Assembly: GCA_040954595.2 (NCBI GenBank)
Contig: CM082591.2
Location: 6,807,947 to 6,871,946 of the forward strand
DNA: 64,000 nucleotides
Direction of reading: 5' to 3'
From: Balanoglossus misakiensis
Taxonomy: Eukaryota; Animalia; Hemichordata
This document shows, piece by piece, positions 12,201 through 24,839 of the stretch. Numbering within the stretch: position 1 is the stretch's first letter; the number at the start of each line of letters is the position of its first letter. The position numbers were made by a program, and so were the translations under genes. The notes beneath the pieces are model-generated. The model saw only the letters and a list, made by a program, of their open reading frames with translations, had not been told where the DNA came from and searched no databases.

Positions 12201-14447
12201 TGCATTGAGACTAGTGGATCAGAATACTACAATATTGGTAAGTGTTCAAGACAGAAATGTCCCGTGGCTATGTCAAATAGCACTGCATGCACTGATGAAG
12301 AGGAGCAGTGTTGTATGGCGACCTCCACTAGGTTAGACAGAGTTCCGTGCGATTTCTTCAATTTGACGGTTGAAGTGGTGACGGGTTGTGGCTGTGCAGC
12401 ATGCGGTCAACAAACAATAAATGTACGGGGGCGAGCTTTCGGAGCTGGGAGCAATTCACACATCCCGCTAATTACCGGGTTCATCTACGCCGGCGGTCAA
12501 GAGGTTGGCCGTACAAATGGTAATGGCGAATTCAGTTTTGAAATGCCCAAAGGAACAAAGAAATTAGCGCTGACTTTCGTCGATCAGTGGGACTACTTTG
12601 CAGAAACCGTGAAGGTGGAGCCATTGAGCGAAGAACTCACGTATGTTTATCTGACTGTGCTGCTGCAGCAAAAAGGTGATACAGTAACGGTGAGAGGTGA
12701 CGAGACCTCGGCTATTTTCCTGGGAAATAAGACCGAAGACGATATAAAGGTTGAATTAGAGATACCAGAGCAGTCATTTCACAAAGAAGACGGTAGCTTG
12801 TACACAGGGGAAGTACAAGCCGGAGTTACATTTTACGATCCAGTCGATCAATCGGTTGTTGATGTCATGCCGAGCGAACTTACGACAAGAGACGTAGAGG
12901 GCAACGCTCAAGCACTTCGAACCTACGGAATGTTTTCAATGAATTTCAAGGATGAAGATGGCAACGCTCTTCGTGTGGATAACCCGTTACAGATATACAT
13001 TGACCCTGTACAGTCTGGTATTGACGTAGATGACGTCGATGAAAATGGGAAATCCCGCACTCGATTGTGGGCATTGAACAAGAACAGCGGCGAATGGGAA
13101 GACATAGGCGGTCTGGAAATTGCGAAGACAAGGCGACGCAAACGATCCACGGAAGAGTTATGGATAGGAAACATTAAAGTGACTGGGTATGATTTGAATA
13201 CGATCAATCTTGATAAGCCACAAGATGATATCGAACTTTGTTATCTTAATGTCCGCGTTTTCGAGGATCCTACTTTACAAGATGTCATTGAAAATGCCGC
13301 GGTGACAGTTGTTAGTGTAGATTCGACCGATAGTAGGCGATCGGGTCAGGTGTATTACTTCAATAAGGGCGTATCGAGCAAAGATGGCAGTGTTTGTTTG
13401 CAAACTTTCTGTGACCGAGTTGGCAACTATAGTGTTCGTGTACAGGTGCAACACAAGGATGAAATCTTAGCGCCAATTCATCCAAATAATGTCACGGTAT
13501 CAAAACACCCCGCAGAATGGCCAGAAGACCTACTGGAGTCGTACAACATTGAACAAGAAAATGGAACACATGTATCAGTCATGACAGCTTTAACTCCTCA
13601 GATGGCCTACAGCGACAACTCCCATGACTGGGCCTACGATTATTATGGCTATGAGAGGTTGTTGGACCAAGAAGACCATGGACCCTTGTACTGGCAGTGG
13701 AGAGATGACTGGGCAGCAATGCGGAAATGTCAAACTGCCACATATTCTGAGAATTACATGGTTTTTACTGGGAAAAGGTTCAATGATACAACAACACGTC
13801 TGGACAAAGTTGATGACCCCCGTGCTCCAATGTCATGGTTTCCATTTGAGGGAGACAATAAGAAGGCGTGTTTCATCAAAATCTTAGTGACTCATGCCAT
13901 CAGTTCAGATGAAGGCCTATTTCAGGTTTTGAGTTATGGTGGTGGTGAGGTTGTCGAAGAGGTTAAAGAGGAGCTGTTTGGGTATAGAATCAATAATTCG
14001 ATAAAAACATCTGGTGAAAACTCTTCAGCGACATGCATTGAATTTAAGTGCAGCGGTCCAGTGAGGACAGGAAACCCTCAAACTGACTCTACTCTACCAA
14101 AGGCCTTTGGCAAAACCATCGGCACAGACCAAACCGTCCTGAAGATCATTCCCCGAAGCAGGAATTGTCACCTGAAAGGTGGAGGGGAACACATAAGACC
14201 TGGTTTGGATTCCTACCTTGACTCAAACAATGTGAAACATAAATTAAAGTATAATACCGAGTCAGTGATCGAATTTCAAGTTCCTGCCGGCAACAGTAAC
14301 GGTTTCAACACCGGCTTGTTTATTGGCTCTCACGAAAACGCTTACAGCATCGGCCTTAAAAACTGTGATGCTGGCGATGACAGCGGATCTACTCTACCTG
14401 CTGATCCTGCTGAAAAGGGATGGGCCTTCCATTACGAATGTACCTAA
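6275..14447 (+). CDS. CILP: Cartilage intermediate layer protein (CILP)-like, ~1107 aa, predicted type II membrane anchor
   Basis: Exons 6275-6452, 7244-7336, 9691-9852, 10258-10581, 10792-10900, 11684-11832, 12139-14447, all GT-AG and phase-consistent (3324 nt). Domain order: TM helix (VVIAVAVVTSLAVVSVIISTVYLLL), Ser/Thr stalk, TSP1 (WGSWSACDATCGGG..RSREC), carboxypeptidase-regulatory-like, Ig (HPQSKVRRVGESVTFCCEASG..W..DAGSYKC), then CILP-type body with LRTYGMFS, LWALN..SGEWE, furin site RRRKR, ACFIKI and CIEFKCSG. Joining of the first two exons is less certain than the rest. Confidence 0.9.
8103..8470. mobile_element. Foldback/MITE-like element in CILP-like intron 2
   Basis: About 8103-8200 is the reverse complement of about 8369-8470 (atggcggagttccgatctgcatttt / aaaatgcagatcggaactccgccat); internal 13-bp perfect hairpin at 8230-8260. 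Confidence 0.6.
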
Positions 14448-15579
14448 ATGTCTCTTGAATCAGGTCAGGATTATCGAATGTCCTCTCTCCATTTTCACAT
14501 ATTTACTGCGTCGCATTTAGCAGAAATTTGAAATCGTATCTGACGCGAGAAATTAGTAACCTCAGGCTGTATAGCGGGGAAATGTTACTTTTAGTCCAGC
14601 GCGACAAGCTTTTTCTTTGTGATTTCTCTATCAATCTTGGTTGCTGGACTGTGATAAGGCCTGCCATGGTTTCCACATCAATTAAATGCAGGATGATTAA
14701 CTTCTTTCGCTGGCTGATACGATAAGCATTTATTACCAGGAAATTCGACCTACATACCACGGAGTGACCGCGAACACTACTTAACTTTTTGCTTTTATCT
14801 TGCAACCAAAGTAGTCAACCACAATGTAGATCGATCAGACGTGCTCTTAGCATTGTTTCTAATTTGAAGGGGATAAAGTATTTCTATACTGGTCATATTT
14901 TCCGCATGCATGAGTGAAAGTTTCGAATGAATGAATTGTGACCATAGCGATTGATTATATGGTAACCAAGGACAACATTACACAAGACTATATAGTTTGG
15001 ATAACATAGCCAACTAATGCTTCCGTGTGATTTTGAATATATACATTCATCTATAAACACGGTTTCACAATTGTCAAGCATTGCCTATGCAGTGCAAGTC
15101 TATCTCTGATCAAGAGTTATGCATCGCAGTACATAAACTTAATTCGTAATATACAAAACTAAACAAAGGCTGAACTAACAAATCTGAACACTTCGAACTT
15201 GTTTTAAAAATGCTATTGTAGGCACAGAATTTCAATGTAAACTTTGCTGACATAATGTAAAATTTTCCTTTCAATGTTTACAACAGAGAGTTATTGAGTG
15301 CGAGCATAGATTTCTCGCTTGGTTGTCCACTGTTTGTTAAAAACTTACTGGACGGTTCGATAGGCTACATCAGTTTGTTTTCTCAGATACCATTAATCAG
15401 TCTCGAATAAATGAAATTTCTAAACATCAACTTTTTCTTCTTATTATTATTCGAGGAAATATGAGAGAGAGAGAGAGAGGGGGGGGGGGAACAGACAGAC
15501 AATTTGCGTCCACCCCTTCTGATATTGTGATCCTCCATAAACAGTCTGTGGATGTTCCAAACATTGATTTTGAAGAGCG

Positions 15580-15760
15580 CCACCGCGGAAGGTCGGAAAG
15601 GTCAAATGGAGGTCACATGTACATAGCTGTCCTAGTCCTAGGTCGTCGGACCCGGAAGTGGTGTTTGACAACGTTGTCGTCGAAAATGCGGATAAGATTT
15701 GGATGAGGCGTCTGTCTGCTACTACTCTGTGAACCTTGGGTCAGTTGAAAGGTGATTAGA
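15580..15760 (+). promoter_or_regulatory. Probable TATA-less promoter and non-coding first exon of the DAO/DDO-like gene
   Basis: CpG-rich patch with ETS-type CCGGAAGTG at 15652 and a candidate donor near 15752. The first coding exon has an acceptor (CAG 16591-16593) 9 nt before its ATG, so an upstream exon is expected. Confidence 0.45.
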
Positions 15761-16189
15761 AATCGTATAAATCCACTTTGTTTCAGATTTATGATTGTGG
15801 AGTACTGCAGCAGCCTATGACAACCAGCTGGCCGGGTGGGGGATGGGCAGCCTGAGGTGTCAGCTAAGCCCTGCTTACAGGTCTGTGTTCACGTAGACTA
15901 AGACCTGTACGCAGGGCTAGGGGTGTTGGCTGAATTATGGGTTATTTCTTAGTGATATAGGTAGGGGTACGTGGCAGAGGATTTGGGGTAAAATAATAAC
16001 AATGTTACTGCTGAACTCATCAACTGGCCTTGTATCTTAGAGTCCAAGTATGGTTGTGAATGCTGCCCAACCAACAATATCGTTGATATTTGAGTAGAAG
16101 CATCGACTGGTGGATCAGCATCACTCATCTATGGACGGCAATGCGAGTGCGTGTATAAATTGTAAAATTTGTGCAAAAAAAAAAGGATT

Positions 16190-16560
16190 GTACTGGGCAA
16201 TTCTCCTAAGTGAGCGATGAAAATCTCACATGGTCGACACAATTTCAAGATGGCCGATTTTTGCCATGTTTAAGAAATGGGAGTTCATAAGCTCAAGTGA
16301 CGATGGGTCATTCTGAAACTTATTAACAGAAAAAATAACAAAATGTGAAAAAAAGTTTAATATATCTAACTACAAAGACAGACATGTTTGACCAAAGGAA
16401 GTCATGAAATACAGTAAACATATCATTTCTTCTATCTCTTACTACTGTGGGTTGTCGACAGAATGCAATGTGATTTGACCCCCTAGCGCAAAGTGAAAAC
16501 CTATTTAAGGCAGCCAGAAACTCACAATTAATGTACAAAATCTGCCTTTTTTTCTGGAAT
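16190..16560. repeat. Unclassified dispersed repeat (related copies ~52750-52990 and ~59085-59260)
   Basis: atgtttgaccaaaggaagtcatgaaatacagtaaacatatcatttcttctatctcttact recurs near 59105, and atttgaccccctagc recurs in both TTC3-like intron copies. Confidence 0.6.
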
Positions 16561-16602
16561 ATCATCAGTGATTATGTCTTCTTTTGACCCCAGCATTTTG
16601 AG

Positions 16603-19600
16603 ATGGTGTACAGCATCTGTATTGTTGGGGCTGGTGTGATCGGTGTCTCTACTGGAGTTTGCATCCAGGAGCGCGTCCCAGATGCGACGGTTACCATAGT
16701 TGCGGACAAGTTTACACCGGACACCACCAGTGATGGATCAGGAGGATTGTGGGAACCGCACGCTTTAGGAGAAACACCAGTTCATCTCATGCAGTGAGTA
16801 AAGATGAGGCTTCGTTCTTCAACATTTTTTCATTCTTAATTAACCCTTTCACCAACATGGTTCAGTCCAAACCCATTGTTTTCTATGGTAAGGTTGGACC
16901 AAATCTGATTGGGTTGGACCTCTATAGAGGGAACTGGGGGTGAAAGGGAAAATTTCCATATTCCAAATACCCAGCATTAAAATACCTTATAAACACAATA
17001 TGTACAGTCAGCATCGTTATTGTACACAATTTGAATAGAGTCCGAACTAGAATTCATTTCTCAACAATAGCAATGACCGTTACACCTACATGCTATGTTG
17101 ACAGGTGCAATATTGGGTATATTAGCATGTTGTTTGGCGTAGAGCAAGAAAATGCATTTGGTATACAGAATAAAAATGCTGAAAATAAATGTCCCCGGAA
17201 TGACCTTGGGAGAGTGCATAGTGACCTATCTCAATCTAATATCACTTTCATTTTCTCTTCACATTGTTTCATTTGTTAAGGCAGTGGAGTGATGGAACAT
17301 TCAAGTATCTAGCACACCTGTTACATCGTGTAGATGCAAATGAGGCCGGAGTACACCTGGCATCTGGATATCATGTGTTTAAGGAACCTGTCAAGGTAAA
17401 TTATTTGTCAGCATTTTTTAGGCTGCATTACAGTTGAACAAATATAGCAAGGGTTAGAGTTGATGATTTGTTTTCCCTTTCGCGGGTTTTGTTGGAGTAT
17501 TATCCCTCTCACCTCCATGGTTCAGCCCAAACCCATTGTTTTTTATGGTAAGGTTGGACCTCTAAAGATGGAACTAGGGGTGAAAGGGTTAAAGGGTGAC
17601 AATCGTCTTATGCACATGTGCCAAACCAGAGACTCTGGTTACAAAACTTGTATACACAGTCAATGCCATAAGGCAGTGTGCTGTCCTAACAACAGACAAG
17701 ATGGCGGCGACCATAGTCTGTGTCGGAGATCGGGAAAAGACAGCAAATTGGGTGAATAGAAGGGACAAAAGTAGAGTCTACTTATACGGTGTGCATGAAA
17801 TATGGATGGAAGCGTAGGTAGTCCACTATTGGAATGCGTTGAACGCAAAATTTGCAGAACATGTGGATTGCACTCCTAATGCTATAGTTTGCCTATGGTG
17901 AAAATATCTGAACAGCTCTATCAAAAAATCAAGCATGGTGACGTAGTGTTTTCTTTATATCATTTTATTATACACCTCTTTTTGCACCTTTTGTCAAAAT
18001 TTCACGAAAATGACAATATTTTACCACTGGAATGTGATAACCATGCACTGCATCTCGGTAGCCATTTACCTTAATCATTCACATTGTCAATACACAAAAT
18101 GAACAGGTGGTCAAAGTCACACATTCTACTCATTGTGTTTTGACATATGTGACCTTATATTGTAATTCATGTAAGTTCAGTATTTGCTTTTCTATTATTT
18201 AAGTGACCAGCCCGTTATCAACACCAGCGTTCACGTACAGAATTGTTGATAACATTTCTTTCTTCATATCTGAAACTCGTCTTTTTTTTCAATTATGAGA
18301 AGTAGATAGTCATATTTGCCCTGGGTGTATGTTATAAACTTTTTCCCCAAGGTGATCCAGTTGCCAGGCAACATACAATTGTAAAGTGCACACTAAATCA
18401 CAAAGTTAGTAAATCAAACACATATACATGTACATGTACAGTTTTTTTTATTGCGTAGCTTGCTGTCTCTAGAAACTAGAAAGTTCACATTTGAGACAAT
18501 GATTACACAGCAGTTTAAATGAGGATCATCAACTTAGAAATTTACAACACGGGGCTTAAAGGATGTACGTTCAGTAAAATTGAAAGCACAGTCAATTTTT
18601 TTTAATTGTGAATTTTTGGATTCTCTTTTGTATGTATAATGAAAATCCGCAATAAAATATAGGGGTCACCACGCTTGTTTTTGAAATACAGAGCCATGAA
18701 TTTAGTCTTTACTGTAGGACACAATGGGTTTGGACCAAATTGTGCTTATAGGCTGAAAAAAGTTTCTGTGCATTTGTCCTTGATGAATTTTCTTTGTTGA
18801 TAACAGGATCCAGACTGGGCTGGTAGTGTCTATGGATTCAGGACTATATCAGAAAAAGATGAAGAACTGAAAATGTTTCCAGGTTATAAGTATGTAATAA
18901 ATCATCATACATGTATATTTGTACTTTTACATTAGTAAAGATTCAAAACAAAACTGTTATATTTTTGCAATTTTAAATTTTAAATTAGAGGGCAAACATT
19001 TCAAACTTTAAATTATTTGTCTTCAAATTTAGAGAAGCTCTATTTTTTCCACCTGAGACAAAATTTTGTTCCTTGTTGTTAGTGTCCACACAGTAAGGAT
19101 TTTCAAATTGTAAGTCTGGACTTTTCAGTGATATGCAAAAATTATTAAGAAATTTACAGATAATTTCACTGCATGTTTGATGGTCTCAGCGACATGGAGA
19201 GAGGTATAGACAGACAGGCAGATAGACAGATTGACAGTGAGTGGCACAAACTGACAACAGCTGCTGATCTCTTCTGTGGAAAGTCAAGGTCACATTGTCC
19301 TTGGAAAAAGTGAAAAAGTAACAGTCAACTGCTGACTTGTATCAGCTATTCTATTTAAACCTTCAATTGTCAGAAAGAATGCAGTTTTTTATTATTATTT
19401 TTTTTTTATCTTTCAGGCATGGCTGGTTTTTCACATCTATCATGTGTGAGGGACCTCGATACTTGCCATGGTTGACCAAAAGGTAAATCCCTACAGATTT
19501 GTACATGTCTTTGTCATATCTATAAAGGACATGTACTTGGATGTGTCCGAGGCTATCCTAAACTGGTCAGATTCCACTATGTAATCAGGACAGCAAGGGA

Positions 19601-22600
19601 CTGAAAAGTGTGCCCTCTAACAAACATAATTTTAGGAAGCTTTGAATCAAATTGAGGATTTCTAGAAATTTCTCTGAGTCAGCCCTATACCTTTGCATGT
19701 AGTGTGGAAAATTTTCTTGAGTCAACAGTGAGTTTGTTGAGTCAGGGGCGCATCATGTGGGCTTAGAGGGCTACCAGTGGTTTGTATATTCTGGAGTATC
19801 CCTATTAAGTAGCGTGTGTGTATACTTATTTAAAAATGTACACAGAACTATAATTGGGATTGCTAAATAGACTTTCTCAACCTTTAATTGCAGGTTCAAA
19901 GAAAAAGGTGGAAAGATGATAAAGAGACATTTAGAATCTTTAGAGCAGGTACTAACTTGTAATAGTCCCCTGCCCCATTCCCACAGCTGGCTGCGTATGT
20001 TTAAAGGATAGGGTCAGGCACAGGCTATTGTAAACATGGCTCTCATTGGCGTACGGACATTGGAGGCATCCATCTTGTTTATGATCACGTGGTCTTTGTT
20101 TTATTATAATATGCGGGTCAGGTTTTAGGCCAAGATGGTGGCCCATACCTGACCCCTTTCCTTTTAGCGTAGCGCAGCCAGCAGTGGGAATGAGGCAGGG
20201 GACCAGACTAGTACTTGTAATTTTATATTCATTATTTGAGACAATGTTGTCCTTATGAGTAACAGAAAAAAGTAAAACATTGTAAAAAAATATAAAGAGA
20301 GAGAACATTACTTCAATTATTTAATGCCGACATTATCATTTCTTCAAGATTTCAGGTCAGTATGATGTTGTTGTTAACTGTGCAGGTCTTGGTGCACGTT
20401 CATTGGTTAATGACAAATCAATGCAGCCAATCAGAGGCCAGCTTATAAGGGTGAGCGCAACAATAAATATACATTGTACCCTTCATCTGGACAACAGTTT
20501 ATCATGCAGACATTAGTATACAGAATGATACAAATGGTTTCCCACTAGAAACTTGTATAGCTAGTGGCTTTTCTAGCTGCAAAATTATTCGGGTCAAAAA
20601 GGTAATACCAACAATTTCACTCAGTCTCGGTCAAAATAAATGTTGTCTCTTAGAAAGAATTAAATGTTTTACCCATTCTTTTTTGATTTGTACAAATTAT
20701 ATAGTGGAGGAAGAGCATCGGAATCCAACTTAAGAATCAGTGACATATACAAGTACTAACTAAGCTGCATTAGCTGTACCTTTTCCCTATGTTTTCAGTA
20801 TTTTTATTTTATGTAGCTACTGCAGTTTCTTGTTCCAATCCATGAAACATGATGCAATGCCAGTATCCAGCTTATCAACACAACATATATTTGCATAGTC
20901 AGCTTTGTTAGTGTGCCAAATTTGTATTCAAGTCCGGACTAGAATACATTTGTCAACAATAACAATGTCCGTTACACACATACAGGCTATGTTGACAAAC
21001 AGAGTACTCAGGGTATATGAGTATGCTGTTTGGAGTAGAACAAGAAATTGCATTTGGTACATATAACAAAAATACTGGAAATAAAGCCAAGCGATATAGC
21101 TAATGCCCCTTTAATATTATAGCTCATAAAATTACTCAGTTTAGGTTTTCACAGGAGAGAAAAGGGATTTATTTGTAGGACCAGTGTATGACTGAAATAT
21201 TATAAAAGTGAACTCTTATTTTTCGTTTCAGGTGGAAGCTCCATGGGTGAAGCATTTTGTGGCTTTTGATGATTTTGTGTACTACATATTTCCGGGGTGA
21301 GCTGAACTGGTTTGTGTGTTACTGAACATACATTCACTGATTTTTGAAGCATTGCAATTTTCTCATATTACGAGCTTTTGTTTTCAATGACAAAAGTTTA
21401 GAACATATTGTGTCTTTTACTTTATTGGTTTCATGGTATCCTGCAATTCATGTGGAAAACCCCAATGATGGGCTGCCACTTTGTGCATTATTTCATGATT
21501 TTATTTTCAAACTTGTAATGGTCCATTAAATGTATACAGTCACCTCCAATTTACATACACCCATATATGGCTGAAATTGCGTATTTGAGTGTTCTAAAGA
21601 ACATATGGTGGAGCTCTTTTTTTCGTGTGTGCCACCCACTGAAAATCAGCGATTGGCTACATCTCAATTTACCATGGTAACTGTGGCTAAATTTGCATAG
21701 GTGACTGACTGTATACCTTTAAATTGAACTGACTGAAAATAGTATTGACCACAGTTGGTTTGCCATTGCATATAGTACATTGTAGTTGGTAAAAGTTCCA
21801 CAGCTTCTAAACACTGAGTTTAGTGAATTTGCATATTCATGATGTACAGTACTATTGTTTCATGGTTGGTGTAACCTTGATCTTGGCTGTGTACAGAGAC
21901 AGAACAATAGCCCTGGGTGGAACTCATCAATATGGAGATTGGAGAGTGACTAATGATGAAAGAGACTGCAATCAGATCTTCCAAGAGTGCTGTAAACTGG
22001 TACCAAGTTTAAAGGTAATTACAGTCAAACCTCTATATATAGTAGGGACCTCTATGTAATGGCCACTTTGTTGCAGTCCCTGTGCAATTTACATGTGCAT
22101 TAATTGACCTGTATATAAAGGCCACCTGTCTATAAAGGCCAGTTTAGGAAAGACCCTTGACTGGCCACTATAGACAAGTTCGACTGTACAGTCAAACCAG
22201 TCTATGGGACTCCCAAACTGGCCTGTATAGACAGGTGTCCATTGAATGACTATATCGTTTTCTCTTACAGAAAAGTAAAATTCTTTATAAATGGGCAGGT
22301 TTAAGACCAGGAAGACCTTCTGTACGATTAGAAAAAGAAGAAATCAGATTTGGAAACACATCACTAAAGGTGAGGACAGCATTAAAAGGACAAAATCTCT
22401 CTCTCGCTGCCCTTTTTCCATTAATTATGTTTGATACAAGACACTGTTTATGTTAATGTACATGTGTACTATAGTGAATCAACGTTCAACCACACACAAC
22501 TTCCATCCCGTTTGTAGGAAATGAGAGAAAAAATCTTGCCAAAATGAATAAATGGTAAACACCGATTATTCACTCTCGTGTCTACAAGTGGGATGCACAT

Positions 22601-22927
22601 CGAACGTTGATTCACTATATATCCACATGTAGAATAATATAAAGAGTGTCTTGTATCAACCATAATTAATGGGAAAAGGGCAGCAAGAGAGAGACTTTGT
22701 CCCTTTAACAAAGCTGAATGCAATTTATCACTCCACTAGCCCATTTCTGGTTTCATTATTTAAAACCATATATTGGTGACATCATATTTTTTTTTTTTTT
22801 GTAGGTTGTTCATAATTATGGTCATGGAGGTGGTGGCATATCTCTTCACTGGGGGTGTGCACAACATGCAACTCAACTAGTTTTGGAATATCTACGAGGA
22901 ACAAAATTGAAAACGGCGAAACTCTGA
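16603..22927 (+). CDS. DDO: D-amino-acid oxidase / D-aspartate oxidase family flavoenzyme, 338 aa, peroxisomal
   Basis: Exons 16603-16793, 17281-17395, 18807-18889, 19417-19482, 19894-19948, 20349-20450, 21232-21296, 21897-22014, 22271-22369, 22805-22927 (1017 nt, phase-consistent). Motifs: GAGVIG FAD fold, [41 protein letters not shown]; C-terminal AKL is a PTS1. The family is secure, but DDO versus DAO is not resolved. Confidence 0.93.
17589..17870 (+). mobile_element. Dispersed repeat beginning at TTAA (inverted copy ~57860-58150)
   Basis: tgtgccaaaccagagactctggttacaaaa...aagatggcggcgaccata matches the reverse complement near 58 kb; explains the look-alike ORFs 17596+ and 57749-. Confidence 0.65.
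19963..20210. mobile_element. TAG...CTA short TIR element with degenerate ~10-bp TSD (AcademH-like)
   Basis: tagtcccctgccccattcccacagctggctgcg ... cgcagccagcagtgggaatgaggcaggggaccagacta; flanks taacttgtaa / gtacttgtaa. Confidence 0.55.
21526..21722. mobile_element. TTAA-flanked ~195-bp MITE, Kolobok-like (copies 57533-57722, 61502-61697, partial ~10589-10680)
   Basis: ttaaatgtatacagtcacct ... gactgtatacctttaa, with the same internal sequence at the listed loci. Confidence 0.7.
22020..22188. mobile_element. Tc1/mariner-pogo-like MITE (related copies ~54695-54818, ~58585-58677)
   Basis: TA-CAGTCAAACC ... GTTCGACTG-TA termini. Confidence 0.6.
22382..22708. mobile_element. Palindromic TTAA-flanked MITE, Kolobok-like (copies 61161-61505, 63362-63628, partial 35910-36056 and 58838-59065)
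   Basis: ttaaaaggacaaaatctctctctcgctgccc ... gggcagcaagagagagactttgtccctttaa, with long imperfect TIRs. Confidence 0.75.
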
Positions 22928-24758
22928 TTTCATCTCAGTCGAATCTCATACCACTTGTAAAGAAAATTGCCAAGGCACAGAATATAACCACACATTCTTA
23001 AGGATGTACGTTCAGTAAAATGGAAAGTATTGTCATTTAACGCAATTTATCTCAAAAAAGAGAGCGGTGACCCCTACATTTTATTTGACCAATGAATTTA
23101 TATTTGCTGGACTGAGCTTTGTGTGAAATTTTGTGAAAATGACAATAGTCGAAGTTTGTTTTCTAGCAATTTTCAATGTAACCCTATGGGAAAAAGACCG
23201 GGCGCGCACTGTTTGCGGTTTATGTTCTGTGTGTACATCCTTAAATCAAGGAAATTCACGCACACTTCAAAACAGGATACTGAGTATTCTTTTATCCATT
23301 TTTGAAGACAATGTCAACTTGTAGTACATGTATTATCCTTCAGAGGCTGGTGCTCAAACTATTACTACTGCCCTTTGCACATTTGGACATCTTTTTAAAA
23401 TTATGCACACAAGTGTTTTTGCGAGATCTCCAAAATTCAACAAATTCAAAAGGGAATGTAACCTTGCAAGTAAAGGGGTTCAACTGAATTCTGTGTAAGT
23501 TTTATTCACTGTTTTATGTAATTCTTACATATATATGAGATGACTTTGCTCAATCTCCTGAAAGATCTCAGAAGGTCTAGTCCCTCAATAGCTGCCATTC
23601 TTGCATTATTTTCATGGTTTACTTTCAAACTAAGAATGTTTCTGGACTTGAATTGCAAATTTTAAATAGCGTGTGACTAGGTTTAATGTTTCTAAAAACC
23701 ATAGAAACACACAAATAATGGGAAAATTTTATATGCCATGATTAGCTGTCTGTTACAAAACATCTACATTGCTGATTGTACTTTGAAATTTTAACATTTT
23801 TATATCTGCATTGTAGTATATACATGTAATTATACAAACATAATTGTATTGTAACCTTTTAACTTCTTTGATCTAGTTTTAAAATATTTATGGAAACAAT
23901 TTAATATCTTTTAGAAGTCATGTATCTGCGCCTCCTAATGACATTATTAAAAAATTTAAATGAAAAAAATATTTATTGTGTTTTTCTGTTGTGTGCCATA
24001 TCATGTATGCAAGAAAAGAGTGTGCATTATGGATGGTTTACATAAGACAGCCCACCATTATTTGTTGTCAATGAGTGGGAATTGATTTAATTTTAGGGGG
24101 TCTTCAGCAAATTACTTTGGGAGGGGGGGGGGGGGAATTGGGCGGGTAATATTTTGTACAACCCTGCCCTTGGGGGTGGGGGAGGGTCACGTTTTGCAAA
24201 CCTCACTCTGGGGGAGGATAACATTTTACATTTGCAGATTTCACGACCAATTTTATTTTTATTTTGGGAGATCAAGCTCCCTAAAGTCTTACTGTTAATA
24301 CTCAGCAACTGAGACAAAGTTTAGAAAATATTCCCGTTTCTCGACACTGCAACACTTATGAACTATCAAAGTTTAGACGAGTTGATGTTTTGAACTTGGG
24401 CCGCACACCCCTGTAAATAGTGGGAGTTACCCCCGAGGGTCCTGACAGTTACACCGCCGCCACAGGTGAAACCGTGAATTCTGCCCGGGGAGGTAGTCGG
24501 GTTCTCTGCCCCATTTCCACCGCTGGCTGCGCTGCTCAATGCTGGGCTGCCCTTTCGCGGCCATAGCAAGCTGGTGCCTTATCCAGGATGGTCGTCGTAT
24601 GATCACAACTCGATGTATATCTATAATTTCAAAAAACATTCTTGTCACTGACTGAATATCGTATGCAGCACATATCTTGCAATGAAAAGAAATTGTGACG
24701 ACGAATCAGCTGTATACCCAAATTTTCTGGCTCAGCACAGTAATCAGTATCTGTGCCC

Positions 24759-24839
24759 ACAGGTGGCTGTCATTGGTTATCCCTAAGAACGAGCACGACA
24801 CATGCTCGTTCTTAGGGATAACCAATGACAGCCACCTGT
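24759..24839. repeat. Perfect 37-bp inverted repeat with 7-nt loop
   Basis: acaggtggctgtcattggttatccctaagaacgagca-cgacaca-tgctcgttcttagggataaccaatgacagccacctgt. Confidence 0.95.

Noticed and set aside
24395-24620. RNase P RNA or HDV-like ribozyme
   Set aside because: Minus-strand AGAACCCGACTA resembles the CR-V motif but has no P4 partner, and no nested double pseudoknot could be built by eye.
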